Positions 7,982 through 18,359 are shown, numbered from the stretch's first letter. The stretch is 64,000 nt of DNA from an uncultured virus (IMG/VR IMGVR_UViG_3300025653_000027) (IMGVR_UViG_3300025653_000027), one strand, 5' to 3'. Made by a program: numbers and translations. The notes: a model not told the origin generated them from the sequence alone.

Positions 7982-9283
7982 TTAATAATTAACCTCTTCC
8001 CAGTTTAATGCAGTTAAGACATCAGCTCCTGCACTTTGAGTTGAAACAACAAGGGCAAGAATATTAGAGGTACCGTCAAAAGAATTTCTTTGTAACTGAT
8101 ACTTAAACAAATCATTAGTGGAAAGGTCAGTTACGGTCGAGCCTTGGTTTGAACCAATAGAAAACCCATGAACAAGGCTTTGGCCACCACTAATACCGGT
8201 TGCCGTTGTGTTGATTTCAACTGGTGAATCAGCACCAGCACTTACCCACGTACCACCAGAAATGGTTGTTGCACCGTTGACTAGTTCCCAACGGTAGTTT
8301 GCATTATTGGTAATACCCAAAACAGAGATACCGTTTAGAACAGCAACAGCATCTGGTGCGGAAGCTTTAAGACGAATGGCAGCTGTTGGATAAAGAGTTC
8401 CAGTAGCTGGTAAATCGTATGGTTCAGTAATTTCTTGACCTGCAGCACGTCCTTTACCAACTAATTGGTAACCACCTTCTGATAAAACAGTAGAACAAAT
8501 CTGTTTAAGAGTGCTGTTTGTTGTAGTGGTATCTAAATTTTCAATCTCATAACGACAAGGCAATGTTGCCGTTGTCATGTAAGTAGAAGTAATGCTGTTC
8601 GCATGGTGGAAAGAATGACAATGAACAAGTTCACCATCAATTAAAAATCCAGCACGTACAGTACCGACACCAAGCCATTCGAAGTCAAACCACAAGAGTT
8701 GTGATTTTGTCATATCGAGCGTATAGGCAGATGGCCCGGTGCCATCAAGCTTGTCAATATTCCAATCAGCCTGAGCAACACGGGTGTTCACAACACTGCC
8801 GGTATTACTGGAGCGCTGCACCAGAAAAGGAGTTGCCGTACCGCTTACTTCAACGTAGTAACCGTTATCAGTACCAAAGTACCCAACACGTTGACGCAGG
8901 TTTTCTTTGCCACTACTCATGACAAAGCTGTTCATGACTTGCAAAGATTTCCCTGGCTGATAAGAGAAAACCCTTGTTGTTTCACGGTAAACTTGTGAAC
9001 CAGAAGTTGTATCAATAGTTAGATCAACCAAGCCTTCATTTGCATTGAAGGTTGCAGTAGAACCAGAGGTAGCCCACTTACCGTTATCCGTATAACGATG
9101 AGAAGAATCGAATAATGTGAAGGGTTCTGATACTCTTAAGCGACCAAAAGAATCACCTGCCGTTGTTCCAGGCTGAATATAAGTAGACTGACCGCTTACT
9201 GTTGTTACCTCGAGTGGATAACCACTCATGGTTTGTACTTTATTAACAGTAAATACTTGACCTTGATCTATTGCCGTTGGCAT
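7982..9283 (-). CDS. Virion structural protein (Thr/Ser/Gly-rich, beta-rich)
   Basis: DSFGRLRVSEPFTLFDS, YQPGKS and WLGVG motifs of a common phage structural family. Confidence 0.7.
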   Translation of the reverse strand: MPTAIDQGQVFTVNKVQTMSGYPLEVTTVSGQSTYIQPGTTAGDSFGRLRVSEPFTLFDSSHRYTDNGKWATSGSTATFNANEGLVDLTIDTTSGSQVYRETTRVFSYQPGKSLQVMNSFVMSSGKENLRQRVGYFGTDNGYYVEVSGTATPFLVQRSSNTGSVVNTRVAQADWNIDKLDGTGPSAYTLDMTKSQLLWFDFEWLGVGTVRAGFLIDGELVHCHSFHHANSITSTYMTTATLPCRYEIENLDTTTTNSTLKQICSTVLSEGGYQLVGKGRAAGQEITEPYDLPATGTLYPTAAIRLKASAPDAVAVLNGISVLGITNNANYRWELVNGATTISGGTWVSAGADSPVEINTTATGISGGQSLVHGFSIGSNQGSTVTDLSTNDLFKYQLQRNSFDGTSNILALVVSTQSAGADVLTALNWEEVNY

Positions 9284-9311
9284 TTGTTTGCACTAAATGG
9301 ATAACTCCATT

Positions 9312-9700
9312 TTAGATCTTGGGAATGTTGTACCAATCTTTGTAATGAATAAGATGAGCAATATCAAGTACTTTTTGATGACGATCATTTTCTGTTAGTT
9401 CACGTTGCTTAACTGCTTCTTTTAAACAGCAAAAGAATTGGTTTGCATCCAGCTGCCCTTCCACAACAAACTCAGCAATTAGGCTAGAAAATTCAGACGT
9501 TAATACACGTTTTTCTTTTTCAATTTTGTCATAGTCAACATTATTAACTTCTTTTGTTTTGTTCATGGGTTCTTGTGTGTAACGTTCAGGATGATTGCGT
9601 TTGTACCATTCTTGCCAAGCCTTAATTGTTTCGATAGGTTCTCGTGTTGTATCGATGTAAATGTTTTGATCGTCAAGATTGGACATTAAAAAAGCGTCCA
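9312..9700 (-). CDS. Hypothetical protein (start uncertain)
   Basis: ORF in the minus-strand block. Confidence 0.5.
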
Positions 9701-9741
9701 TTGGGATGAACGCTTTAATACTAAACAAATTTAAAGAGAAA

Positions 9742-10059
9742 TCAAGAGGTGAACTCGTGTGTTTGTTGTAGTTGCAACTCTCGAAGCTCACCGTTTTGCA
9801 GGCGGATGACAGCGTCCAGCATGTCAAAGAATTTATTTCGCATGATAGGACCTGCTTCCTTTATGCAAAACTCCTGCCAAAGGCCGGTGTAGACACCGTT
9901 GGTGCGACCAGAACAATGGTAGAGATGTTCCATGAAGAGAGCTTTCTTCTCTTCTTCTTTGACATTCCAGTTAAGGAGTTGTTCTTTGAGCCAAGGAGTA
10001 TCAAAAGCTCCTGTTGTATTCAGACGTACAGCAAGGTCGTCTTGTGCCTGGGTTGTCAT
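9742..10059 (-). CDS. Hypothetical protein
   Basis: ORF coupled to the upstream gene. Confidence 0.65.
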   Translation of the reverse strand: MTTQAQDDLAVRLNTTGAFDTPWLKEQLLNWNVKEEEKKALFMEHLYHCSGRTNGVYTGLWQEFCIKEAGPIMRNKFFDMLDAVIRLQNGELRELQLQQTHEFTS

Positions 10060-10256
10060 TAGTCTTTTAGATCGACATTGAGTACGGTAGAAGAGATACT
10101 ATCAACGCCTGGACCGATATCCCACAGTAATTCATGGATATCATCCTGGATGGCATCCGCAACTTGTTCTGGCGTTTTGCCATTAAAAGAGTCGTACTCT
10201 AGTTCAATATCAACCGAGAAGCTTAATGACAGGATTGGCACGGAAGGAGCTTTCAT
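10059..10256 (-). CDS. Hypothetical protein
   Basis: ORF. Confidence 0.6.
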   Translation of the reverse strand: MKAPSVPILSLSFSVDIELEYDSFNGKTPEQVADAIQDDIHELLWDIGPGVDSISSTVLNVDLKD

Positions 10257-10281
10257 TCCTATAAATAAATGCCTTCTTACT

Positions 10282-10536
10282 TTACAGCAAACGCTCTAAA
10301 GAAGCAGCTTGATGTGTTTGGTAGTAACCAAGACGTTCTTGAATGACGTTGTAGTAGTTAATGCAGGAATCAACAAGTTCTTCTGCAGACATTTGACTGG
10401 CCAGATGTTCATTGGCCAGCATGCCAGCAGCGAGGGTAACAACACCCCACTCCATTTTGTTTCCAATTAAAGCAGATAAGGGAGTTCCATCACTGGTAAA
10501 GCCAGCAATCATTTTATTAAGCGCTGGATCAGCCAT
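10282..10536 (-). CDS. Hypothetical protein
   Basis: ORF. Confidence 0.65.
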   Translation of the reverse strand: MADPALNKMIAGFTSDGTPLSALIGNKMEWGVVTLAAGMLANEHLASQMSAEELVDSCINYYNVIQERLGYYQTHQAASLERLL

Positions 10537-10552
10537 GGAACCCCCAGTAGTT

Positions 10553-11002
10553 TTATTTGGAAGACAGTTTGTCTTCTTTAATCATAAAGTACCAATAAGC
10601 ATGAGAAGCATTCTGGTGAAAACGCTTAGCTTTGTATAGGCTAATTGCCTGATGATTTAGAAAAGCAATTTTCCTTGCACCTTCATCATCAGTACAACCT
10701 TTGTTATCGAGACACAGATCATGTTCGATACGGTTGCGCTCAAGTTGAAGGGTGCAATCATCAGCGGCATGCTGGTGTGTGGCACGCCGAACGAATGCAT
10801 CTTCTACATCTAAGGGAGGTTCAATCTTCCCGAAGAAGTGTGCCGCAATGTTCGGATGCTTCCAGCTCCACTTCGAGTCCCACGTCGGGTTGAACTTGTT
10901 GTCTTCCAAAGATTCGTTTTGTTCGAATGGAGTATTCTTGTTGGACTTTGACACCTGGTGGTAACTCTTGACCGGCCTGGAAAGCTGTGCGGATTGCATC
11001 AA
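10553..11002 (-). CDS. Hypothetical protein overlapping the 3' end of the Gp157-like gene (start uncertain)
   Basis: ORF. Confidence 0.5.
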   Translation of the reverse strand: MMQSAQLSRPVKSYHQVSKSNKNTPFEQNESLEDNKFNPTWDSKWSWKHPNIAAHFFGKIEPPLDVEDAFVRRATHQHAADDCTLQLERNRIEHDLCLDNKGCTDDEGARKIAFLNHQAISLYKAKRFHQNASHAYWYFMIKEDKLSSK

Positions 11003-11546
11003 GATTAGGAAGAATTTGAGTGGATGTTTTAGGTTCGTCCTTTTCGCTTAGGATTTCACCTTGCATTGAACATACCACGGTCTTCTTATAAGACGTGACT
11101 TTTTGTTCAACGCAGAATTGATTGCGTTCGTCAGCGCTCCAACAGTCAACATCAGTTGATATTTCAACTGTTAAATCTTTCTTTTTAGATAGTGTGAACT
11201 GGTAGTTACGACCCACAATCTTGTTGTCATCAATTGGCGCAGATCTCCTTAGCCAGTTGATCAGCCCCTTGAGTTGCCGCAGTTGGGATTCGTGATGACG
11301 TTTTGCCTTCTGAATAAGATCCGACTCTTTCTTAATGCGCTCCAAGGCATCTTCATGGGACGACATGCGGTAGTAAATGCCATCGATTTTTTCTGACCGA
11401 AGGCCCATACAGGCTTCCAGTTCAGCTTTTGCCACTTCCTGGGATTCAGAAGTAAGGAGAGGAAGAGAGCGTTCCAGGGCACCATAGTGCTCGTACAGCT
11501 CAAGGATGTTTAGTTCCTGGAGTTTAACCTGAGTTACTTGTTCCAT
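10821..11546 (-). CDS. Siphovirus Gp157-like coiled-coil protein
   Basis: EKIDG..Y...coiled coil...PNLDAIRTA..AGQELPPGVK pattern. Confidence 0.7.
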   Translation of the reverse strand: MEQVTQVKLQELNILELYEHYGALERSLPLLTSESQEVAKAELEACMGLRSEKIDGIYYRMSSHEDALERIKKESDLIQKAKRHHESQLRQLKGLINWLRRSAPIDDNKIVGRNYQFTLSKKKDLTVEISTDVDCWSADERNQFCVEQKVTSYKKTVVCSMQGEILSEKDEPKTSTQILPNLDAIRTAFQAGQELPPGVKVQQEYSIRTKRIFGRQQVQPDVGLEVELEASEHCGTLLRED

Positions 11547-11649
11547 GGTTCAAAAGGTTTGGAATTGGGATTGGATTTTGTTGATCATGTAGGTCAGCAT
11601 TGCAGCTGCTGCAGCCCAGAGCAGATCAGTGACGAGAGGCAGAATGGCG

Positions 11650-12615
11650 TCAAGCATTGGTTGAAACGAGTTGGTTGTTTTTGACAAATGGTTTGAGTTG
11701 CTCGAGATACTTACCAGGAACAGGTAGGTAATCGGCTTCCATCATGTTGTTGAACAAAGTCCAAGCATCATGTTGGGTAAAGGTTTTGCCACGGCCATAG
11801 AGCCTCCAGTGTGTGGCTGGAGCTTGAGCACCTGACTTGGTGTGGAGTAGTACAAAGTTTCCATCTGAGTTTCCATCAGATGGAGGTGCGTACCACCATG
11901 CAACAACGTTGCTGGGCTGACCATTGCGTGCGTTGTTACGAACTTGGGTCAGCTGGCCAAGGTGCTGGATCCAGCGTCTGTGCCATCTGAGATGGATGCA
12001 ATCTGGTTTAAAGCCTGGTATTTCTTTCTCGAATAGAGAAAGATGACGGAACTGAGATTGAAAGGACCCACATGAGCAGTAAGGTTCGCTACGCATGGGT
12101 TGGGATTTGGGTTGATCATCCAGTTCACCATCCAGAGAAATGGGCCGATCCTGAAGCCGAATCCCGTTCGGCGCAACCAAATGTCCAATGTCGGTTTGGT
12201 CGGATTGGATGAGTGCGAGGAGTTCTTCTTCGTGTTGAATGCGAGTGAATTTGTCGGCAAGGAGAGTTTGTAGCTGGGCATTGCGTGAAAGGTGACCAAG
12301 AGCGTGAGCGTGGTGCCAGCCTTTGAACATGACGTACATTTCATTACGCCATGGTGATGGACCTCTGTAGTTAGGACCAAGGTAAGAGAAGAAGTCCTTC
12401 AGCCTGGATCTGAAATCCAGGTAGGCATTGACAACTAATTGCCTCTCGTAAGTTTCATGTGAACCATCAATACGAGCCACGATGCAGTGATCATTTCGCA
12501 GATAAATAGAGGCGACTTCACCTTCTTCAAAATCAGGGAAAGCACGCCTGAGATTTGTCTGCGTGTAGATGAGCGACTGCGCCCCATTTAATGGTGTGTA
12601 GGTTTGAGTGGACAT
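11650..12615 (-). CDS. SWIM zinc-finger protein
   Basis: YCSCGSF...DCIHL (CxC..CxH); ATG at 12615 preferred. Confidence 0.65.
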   Translation of the reverse strand: MSTQTYTPLNGAQSLIYTQTNLRRAFPDFEEGEVASIYLRNDHCIVARIDGSHETYERQLVVNAYLDFRSRLKDFFSYLGPNYRGPSPWRNEMYVMFKGWHHAHALGHLSRNAQLQTLLADKFTRIQHEEELLALIQSDQTDIGHLVAPNGIRLQDRPISLDGELDDQPKSQPMRSEPYCSCGSFQSQFRHLSLFEKEIPGFKPDCIHLRWHRRWIQHLGQLTQVRNNARNGQPSNVVAWWYAPPSDGNSDGNFVLLHTKSGAQAPATHWRLYGRGKTFTQHDAWTLFNNMMEADYLPVPGKYLEQLKPFVKNNQLVSTNA

Positions 12616-12640
12616 GACATGGTGTGGATTGGTTTGGAAT

Positions 12641-12823
12641 TCAGGAGTGAGAAGACTCACTGTCCTGTGGAGTGGACTCGTTGTAAGCGAGCTTGCCCAT
12701 ACGATAGGCAAACAAGCCGACAGCACCCCAGACTACCGGATTACCGATACAAAAAGCAACGGCACCTGCAGTCAAGGCAGAGATGCTGCCGACCTTGATG
12801 GCTTGTTTGGTGTTGTTTTTCAT
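12641..12823 (-). CDS. Small membrane protein
   Basis: Hydrophobic core ALTAGAVAFCIGNPVVWGAVGLFAY. Confidence 0.55.
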   Translation of the reverse strand: MKNNTKQAIKVGSISALTAGAVAFCIGNPVVWGAVGLFAYRMGKLAYNESTPQDSESSHS

Positions 12824-12906
12824 GGTGTTGTTTGTTAACAGAAACAGTAAATTGTTTAAACTGTTACTAACAGAAGTAAAATAATGACTAACAATTAAAT
12901 AAACAA

Positions 12907-13167
12907 ATGGAAGAAATTAAGTACGTGTCTTTGTCTGAATTCCAGGTAGAACCAACTCTTGATGATAAGTTCTGGGAGGAAAAAATCAAACGACACGTAC
13001 AAGAATGTACTTCCTTATCTGAAGTAAAAGAGGTAGCAACCCTCTTGGCGAGGATTGCTACCCAAAGACAAGGAGTTATAAGAGGATTGGTTCAAGACAT
13101 GTTCATCTTTAACAATAAAGTTGTTGATGAACAAGACATTGCCAATCCTGATGTGGGATCAAAGTGA
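12907..13167 (+). CDS. NblA-like small helical protein (divergent)
   Basis: PTLDDKFWEEKIKRHVQE..SLSEVKEVA..L.....RQGVIRGLV loosely resembles NblA; own TAAAAT at 12877. Confidence 0.45.
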   Translation: MEEIKYVSLSEFQVEPTLDDKFWEEKIKRHVQECTSLSEVKEVATLLARIATQRQGVIRGLVQDMFIFNNKVVDEQDIANPDVGSK

Positions 13168-14169
13168 GGCGTCTTCGCCAGTGGGATTGTTCTCAGGGAT
13201 GTTGGCACTAGGAAGTGCAGCTTGATCCTGGAACCCAGCTGGCTTGAGGCTAACGCCATCAGCTAAACCATAAGCACCTTTGAGTTTGGCAGCATCTTGG
13301 TTGCTGTGAACATTGATGTAATCCTGGTAGAACGGATCGTCTTGAATATCCCAAATCTTCTGCCAATCCTCATTGGGAATGGTTAATAGATCAAGGGAAG
13401 TAAAGGCTTCTTCTTTTGTTGCGTAGCTGGGACGAACAAAGTTATCAATACAAACCACAGTGACATTGTTATCACCACGATTGCCAATCTCAAGTGTTGG
13501 CCTAAAGACCCGTGTTGCAGAAACACGTGGGTCAAACTTCATTGCACCCATACCAAGCTGCATGCTCAGACACTTGTCCATCTCCTTGTTGAATTCTTGG
13601 AGATTATTATTCAGCTCAACACTAACGAGACCTTTTGTTGTTAGAACAATGGGCCTTTCGTGTGCAGGTTTGTAGTCTTTTGTAAGAATAAAAACAAGGT
13701 ATTTGGTTCGGGTATTAAGTTCACGATTTTTCTTACGGCCTTCTGCAACTTCAAGTTTGTCTAGTTCAAACCGGCGCTTGAGTTCTTCATTATTGAAGTC
13801 ACCCAAGATGCGTTGCTTGGTATCAGGACCTTCTTCCACAATCAAGATTCCAGATTGCAGAACGAAACACAAATTAGGATTGGTAAAGAAGTGACCTTGA
13901 TCACGAGCACCAGTACGGAAGCGGTGAGTGTGGTTCCATAAAACAGTACCTTCATCAAAGTCATCTTCAGTGGCAGTCCAGTTACAGGTTGCCAGTGTGT
14001 CTTGCTTGACAAAGAATCCAGCCTCATTACCAACGAGAGGCTGAAGAGTTCCCAATGGATGCATGCCTACCATGTATTCAGGCTGCTTGAACATCAGGAA
14101 AGAATCTGCGGAGCGAGTTGCAATGGCAGAGCTGGATTGTTTAGCGAGAGATTGTGCTTTGGTTGGCAT
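13159..14169 (-). CDS. Replication-module protein (possibly DUF5895-like)
   Basis: 336-aa ORF near SSB and the polymerase; RTKYLVFIL....PAHERPIVL..KG motif. Confidence 0.55.
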   Translation of the reverse strand: MPTKAQSLAKQSSSAIATRSADSFLMFKQPEYMVGMHPLGTLQPLVGNEAGFFVKQDTLATCNWTATEDDFDEGTVLWNHTHRFRTGARDQGHFFTNPNLCFVLQSGILIVEEGPDTKQRILGDFNNEELKRRFELDKLEVAEGRKKNRELNTRTKYLVFILTKDYKPAHERPIVLTTKGLVSVELNNNLQEFNKEMDKCLSMQLGMGAMKFDPRVSATRVFRPTLEIGNRGDNNVTVVCIDNFVRPSYATKEEAFTSLDLLTIPNEDWQKIWDIQDDPFYQDYINVHSNQDAAKLKGAYGLADGVSLKPAGFQDQAALPSANIPENNPTGEDASL

Positions 14170-14194
14170 GACAAGATGCGATGTGTTTGGCAGA

Positions 14195-14222
14195 GGATGC
14201 TTTTAACGTCATCCCAGGACGA
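14195..14222 (-). promoter_or_regulatory. Pseudoknot-like leader motif, copy 1
   Basis: Minus strand TCGTC-CTGGGAT-GACG-TTAAAAGC-ATCC, about 25 nt upstream of ATG 14169. Confidence 0.55.
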
Positions 14223-14315
14223 TTTTACGCTCAACCGCCAGCGGCAAACGTAAATAAAAGAATGACTGACATCAGCATTCCTGGTAGTAAAAGCAGGATT
14301 AATAACTGCAGTTGA

Positions 14316-14570
14316 TCAACAGTCATTCTTTCCTAAGGCTTTGTTGATAATCTCAGTACTCATTTGAGACAGCCTTAAGTACTCATTTGAGACTTCCTTC
14401 ATGGCTGCAGCGATAGAACCTTCGCTATGACCACAGCCCTGGAGGAACTTGGCAAAATGACAAACAATTTTGTCTGTAAAAGCCTCCTGGAATTCCATCG
14501 TGTAATCAACAGAGTCATCTTTCAGATTGAAAGTGAACTTGTTGTGGTTGCCTTCAAATGTATCTTTCAT
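14316..14570 (-). CDS. Hypothetical protein
   Basis: ORF coupled to SSB. Confidence 0.6.
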   Translation of the reverse strand: MKDTFEGNHNKFTFNLKDDSVDYTMEFQEAFTDKIVCHFAKFLQGCGHSEGSIAAAMKEVSNEYLRLSQMSTEIINKALGKNDC

Positions 14571-15439
14571 CAGAAAGGAGCATCTTCCAGTTCAGGGGGC
14601 TGACCATACTGACCAGGAAGATCAGGCAGACCAGTGTTTAAGTTCCAAGGATCAGGAGCTTTGTCGGCTTCTTCTTGGGTGTTCTCTTCTGCCTGGGTAT
14701 CAGGAGTTGTTTTACCTCCCCAAAGAGATACAACATTGGCTTCATTAGCCACATTGGTTTGAGGTTTGATTTCCTCTTTACCTTCTGTTTTAACCTGGGA
14801 GTTAAAGCCCAAGAGCATGTTGTCAACACGGATCTTGGTTTGGGTTTTAGTTTCACCAGTCTTTTGATCTTTCCAGCTGTCGGTCACAATGGGACCTTCA
14901 ATGGAAAGGCTGGTGCCTTTACCTGTGTTGTTCAGAATCATCTCAGGGTAATTAGGCCCTGGATATTTCTGAGTGCTGTCATACATGGCATAGAAGTTAA
15001 AGATGTCTGCTTTGTTTTTACCAGTAGAAACGGTAAAGCTTTGGTTGCAGATCATCAAACCACTGTCAAGTGTTTTGAATGCCCTGGAATCATTGGCATC
15101 AACTGGCCTAAAGCACCTGCCATCCAGATGAACAAAGTTCAAGATGGGAAACTCATCTGTGACCTTGTGAATGACAGTGCGCTTGTTGGAATGGAGTGAG
15201 TACTCCCGAGTTGTTGCATCATGACGCAGCTGCGCTTGGTGCACAAAGAGGAGACTGTTGGCTTTGAATCGTGCAAACCGTTCGCATAACCGACCATAGA
15301 CATTGATTTCGATGGGGGTTGGTGCTTTGTTTCCTACGGGAGGAATCAAAGCTTTGGCACGGAGTGCTGTTTGTGTGCTCGAGATGTAGATCTCTCGAGG
15401 TTCTTCTGACAACTGAAGACAGATGTCTGCAAAATTCAT
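14570..15439 (-). CDS. ssb: Single-stranded DNA-binding protein (probably two OB folds)
   Basis: IEGPIVTDSWKDQKTGETKTQTKIRVD resembles the SSB OB-fold strands; acidic tail ending EDAPF. Confidence 0.75.
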   Translation of the reverse strand: MNFADICLQLSEEPREIYISSTQTALRAKALIPPVGNKAPTPIEINVYGRLCERFARFKANSLLFVHQAQLRHDATTREYSLHSNKRTVIHKVTDEFPILNFVHLDGRCFRPVDANDSRAFKTLDSGLMICNQSFTVSTGKNKADIFNFYAMYDSTQKYPGPNYPEMILNNTGKGTSLSIEGPIVTDSWKDQKTGETKTQTKIRVDNMLLGFNSQVKTEGKEEIKPQTNVANEANVVSLWGGKTTPDTQAEENTQEEADKAPDPWNLNTGLPDLPGQYGQPPELEDAPF

Positions 15440-15463
15440 GGGAATGGAAGAGAAAGGTTCGGT

Positions 15464-15489
15464 CTTTTAACGTCATCCCTACAGGACGA
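15464..15489 (-). promoter_or_regulatory. Pseudoknot-like leader motif, copy 2
   Basis: Minus strand TCGTC-CTGTAGGGAT-GACG-TTAAAAG, about 25 nt upstream of the ssb ATG. Confidence 0.5.
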
Positions 15490-15493
15490 AAGG

Positions 15494-17356
15494 TTAGTGA
15501 GTTTCAGCCCAGGTCTTACCGACCCGTGAATCGCCCTCAATTTTACAGCGGAACCCAAAAAATTCTTGGGCCTGAGGGAAAGCATTCATAGCTTGTTCAC
15601 GAATGGCTTCTGTGTGTTTTGGATTGCACGCAATTTGAACTTCATCATGAACCATGAGAACTTGTTGCCAGTCTTGGTCATAGATCAAGCCAAGGTTTGT
15701 TGTGATGTTGTTGTGAATGTTGATCACAACTTGTTTCATCAGGATTGCACCAGCTGACTGAAGCAGGAGGTTTAAACCTTTGAAAGCAGAACGGCAGTGA
15801 AGCGTACGCCTGTCCAGTCCAATCAAGTAGTTACGAGATTGGATGGTGCTTTCAATTTCTTGTTTGAGTTTCTTCAGTGCTGGGACATTGTCCATAAACC
15901 CATTGATTGCATTGCGTCCAAGAATTGACAGACGCTTTGCATCTTTTTCATTGGGGTCGATGATGGTGCCAGCTTTGGTTGCACCGCAACCGTAGAGCAT
16001 GCCATAAAGAAGACGTTTGCTGATGTCTCTCGTTTCAACACCAAACTGTTCTTGGTTGTAAGAGTGAATATCAACTTCAGGATTAACAACAAGAGATGCG
16101 TATTCTCCTTTATCCCAGAGTGCAAGATACCCCGCAAGACAACGCAACTCAAGAGCTTTGGCGTCAATGCCAATTAGATCCCAGCCTTGAGGAGCATGGA
16201 AAAGACTACGACATTCATGTCCATAAGGTGAATAACCAGCTGGAACTTGAGCCATGTTTGGATTACGATGGCTTGCTCTTCCGGTTATACAGCCGTTAGT
16301 AATTAGATCGCCATGGAGTTTAGCTTCATCAGTGTTAACAAGCTTGAGCCAAGCATTATTTCCGTCAGCAATTTGGCCAAGACGTTTCTTGACCAGCATG
16401 TATTCAGATAAAGGTTGAGCTTCAGGAAAGGGTAGCTTTTCTAGTACTTCGTCATCAAGGATTGGATTTCCTTTTTCAGTGCATTTCTCTGGCTCCCATC
16501 CGTACTTGTGTTTAAGTCGATCAACAATTTGTTGACGAGATCCAGGATTGAAATTCTCGACGCGTACTTTTTCAAAGGGAACACCCTTGACGTATCCTCG
16601 TTTAGCATTGTTTACCTTAGGAGTGAACAGTTCTTTATGTTCAATAGGCGGAAATACTTGTTTTAATTTATACTCTAATTCTGTTTTCTTTGTTCGTAAA
16701 TCATCCACGAGATCAAGAGCTGCATCCACATCAAAAGGAATACCTGATCTAACTTGTCTGTTAATCGCCAACGCAAATTGGTGCTCCAGACTGAGAGCTG
16801 ACATTGGATAGTTTTGAGTTTGAATAAAATTAAAAAGCCTGGTTGTGACATGAACGTCTTGAATGCAGTAGTTAAGCATCTCTTCTGAGAACTCCGTGAA
16901 GTTCTCATAGTCAATCTTGTGGTCGGCCAATCGCCATCCCCATGCCTTGAGAGAAGCAGAACCCCTGAGTTTCGCTGGAACCTGCGGATATTGTTCGCAG
17001 TCAAGTTCATAAAGAACCTCTTTAGGCCAGATGAGTCTTGTGCATATAAGGGTATCGATGACTCGAAAGGAGCCATCGAAACCATACAGTTTTTTTAAGA
17101 CTGGTAAGTCATAAAAGATTACATTGTGGCCAATGAGAACATCAGCGGTTGCCAGATGAGCAAGAGCATCGTCAATGCAATCAGGCCTATAACTAAAAGT
17201 TTGTTTGAGTTGTACGTCATAAATAACAACACAGAAAGTAGTAGATGCTTCGTCAAATAACCCGTTGGTTTCAATGTCAAAGATCAACCAAGATTCACTT
17301 GCGGAATCGGGCTTCATCTTGAATTGAGAGTTCTTTACTGGCAAGCTCTGTGTCAT
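15494..17356 (-). CDS. polA: DNA polymerase family A (T7-like) with 3'-5' exonuclease
   Basis: FDIETNG (Exo I), GHN..YD (Exo II), YCIQDV (Exo III), DAKALELR (motif A), KRLLYGMLYG (motif B, Tyr at the 762-equivalent), VHDEVQ (motif C). Confidence 0.97.
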   Translation of the reverse strand: MTQSLPVKNSQFKMKPDSASESWLIFDIETNGLFDEASTTFCVVIYDVQLKQTFSYRPDCIDDALAHLATADVLIGHNVIFYDLPVLKKLYGFDGSFRVIDTLICTRLIWPKEVLYELDCEQYPQVPAKLRGSASLKAWGWRLADHKIDYENFTEFSEEMLNYCIQDVHVTTRLFNFIQTQNYPMSALSLEHQFALAINRQVRSGIPFDVDAALDLVDDLRTKKTELEYKLKQVFPPIEHKELFTPKVNNAKRGYVKGVPFEKVRVENFNPGSRQQIVDRLKHKYGWEPEKCTEKGNPILDDEVLEKLPFPEAQPLSEYMLVKKRLGQIADGNNAWLKLVNTDEAKLHGDLITNGCITGRASHRNPNMAQVPAGYSPYGHECRSLFHAPQGWDLIGIDAKALELRCLAGYLALWDKGEYASLVVNPEVDIHSYNQEQFGVETRDISKRLLYGMLYGCGATKAGTIIDPNEKDAKRLSILGRNAINGFMDNVPALKKLKQEIESTIQSRNYLIGLDRRTLHCRSAFKGLNLLLQSAGAILMKQVVINIHNNITTNLGLIYDQDWQQVLMVHDEVQIACNPKHTEAIREQAMNAFPQAQEFFGFRCKIEGDSRVGKTWAETH

Positions 17357-17561
17357 TTTTATTAATCCAAGTCAAGACATGCTGCGCACCTGCACGATAA
17401 GGATGCGAGAAAATCTTGTTTAAAGATACATCAGAGTTTAAAGGAATGAGATCAAAACTGTTTGTTGTACTGTTTGCCGTCACGGCATGTGGGATGCCGT
17501 TTTGGAAACAGGCAATAACGTAACTCATGAAAGAATAAGAAGTCGGATAAATACTACCCAA
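17295..17561 (-). CDS. Hypothetical protein
   Basis: ORF overlapping the polA start. Confidence 0.55.
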   Translation of the reverse strand: MGSIYPTSYSFMSYVIACFQNGIPHAVTANSTTNSFDLIPLNSDVSLNKIFSHPYRAGAQHVLTWINKNDTELASKELSIQDEARFRK

Positions 17562-17585
17562 CTTCTTATTTTGTGCAACTGTTAG

Positions 17586-18359
17586 TCAAGATTTTTTAGA
17601 AGATGTTCCGTAACCAACAAATCCGTTTTCTTTCTTGCGCTTTGCTATTGCCTGGCTGGCTTCTGATCCAGCACGTTGACTGCCATGGACTAGGAGAGCA
17701 AAAGGCTTCTCACCAAGGCAGTGGCTGTCGTCGTGGTCGATCTCGAGGCCGAGTTGCTGTGCCTGTTGTTCGGTATAGACAACATGAGACACACGCTTAA
17801 AGACATTGGGATGTGCACCAATGAGGTAATCAAGTGTCCCACCATGGGACGCAGTCAAGAAGAAGTTGTCAGGTATCTCATCTTGAAGCGATAGCCACAT
17901 GCCAAGGGACTTGGTGTAGGCGTAGAACTTTTGATAAGGACGTTGCCTGGCGACCTCAATCCAAGCTTTCATGTAGTTCTCTGTCCAGAAATCACCAGAC
18001 TCATGAATACGCACAAGGTTATTTGGTGGCATCAAGGTCAATGAGGTGTCAATGAGGGTTGCAACGTTTTCCACTTGATCGGATGCCCTGGATGTATTGA
18101 GTACTTCTTTAAGTAAGTTCCAATTGTGCCAGCGTGCATTGCGAACATTGGGTCTGACTTCTGACATGGCAGCAAAGCATCTGAACTCATGCTCAGCTGT
18201 AACGCCAGTCATCTGGGGCAGATCAGTGATGGCACCTGTGTTGCGGTCAGCAAAGGTCTTACAGACGCCAGCATGTGGGCAACTGTAGCCAGCAGGCAGC
18301 GAAAAGATCAGTCGGCCTTTGAGTTTGCCGTTGCTCCGAGAGAATTTGAGTGTTTGCAT
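17586..18359 (-). CDS. Gp88-like protein
   Basis: FSLPAGYSCP..GVC...CFA, RIHESGDF and FYAYTKS motifs; ATG at 18359. Confidence 0.75.
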   Translation of the reverse strand: MQTLKFSRSNGKLKGRLIFSLPAGYSCPHAGVCKTFADRNTGAITDLPQMTGVTAEHEFRCFAAMSEVRPNVRNARWHNWNLLKEVLNTSRASDQVENVATLIDTSLTLMPPNNLVRIHESGDFWTENYMKAWIEVARQRPYQKFYAYTKSLGMWLSLQDEIPDNFFLTASHGGTLDYLIGAHPNVFKRVSHVVYTEQQAQQLGLEIDHDDSHCLGEKPFALLVHGSQRAGSEASQAIAKRKKENGFVGYGTSSKKS

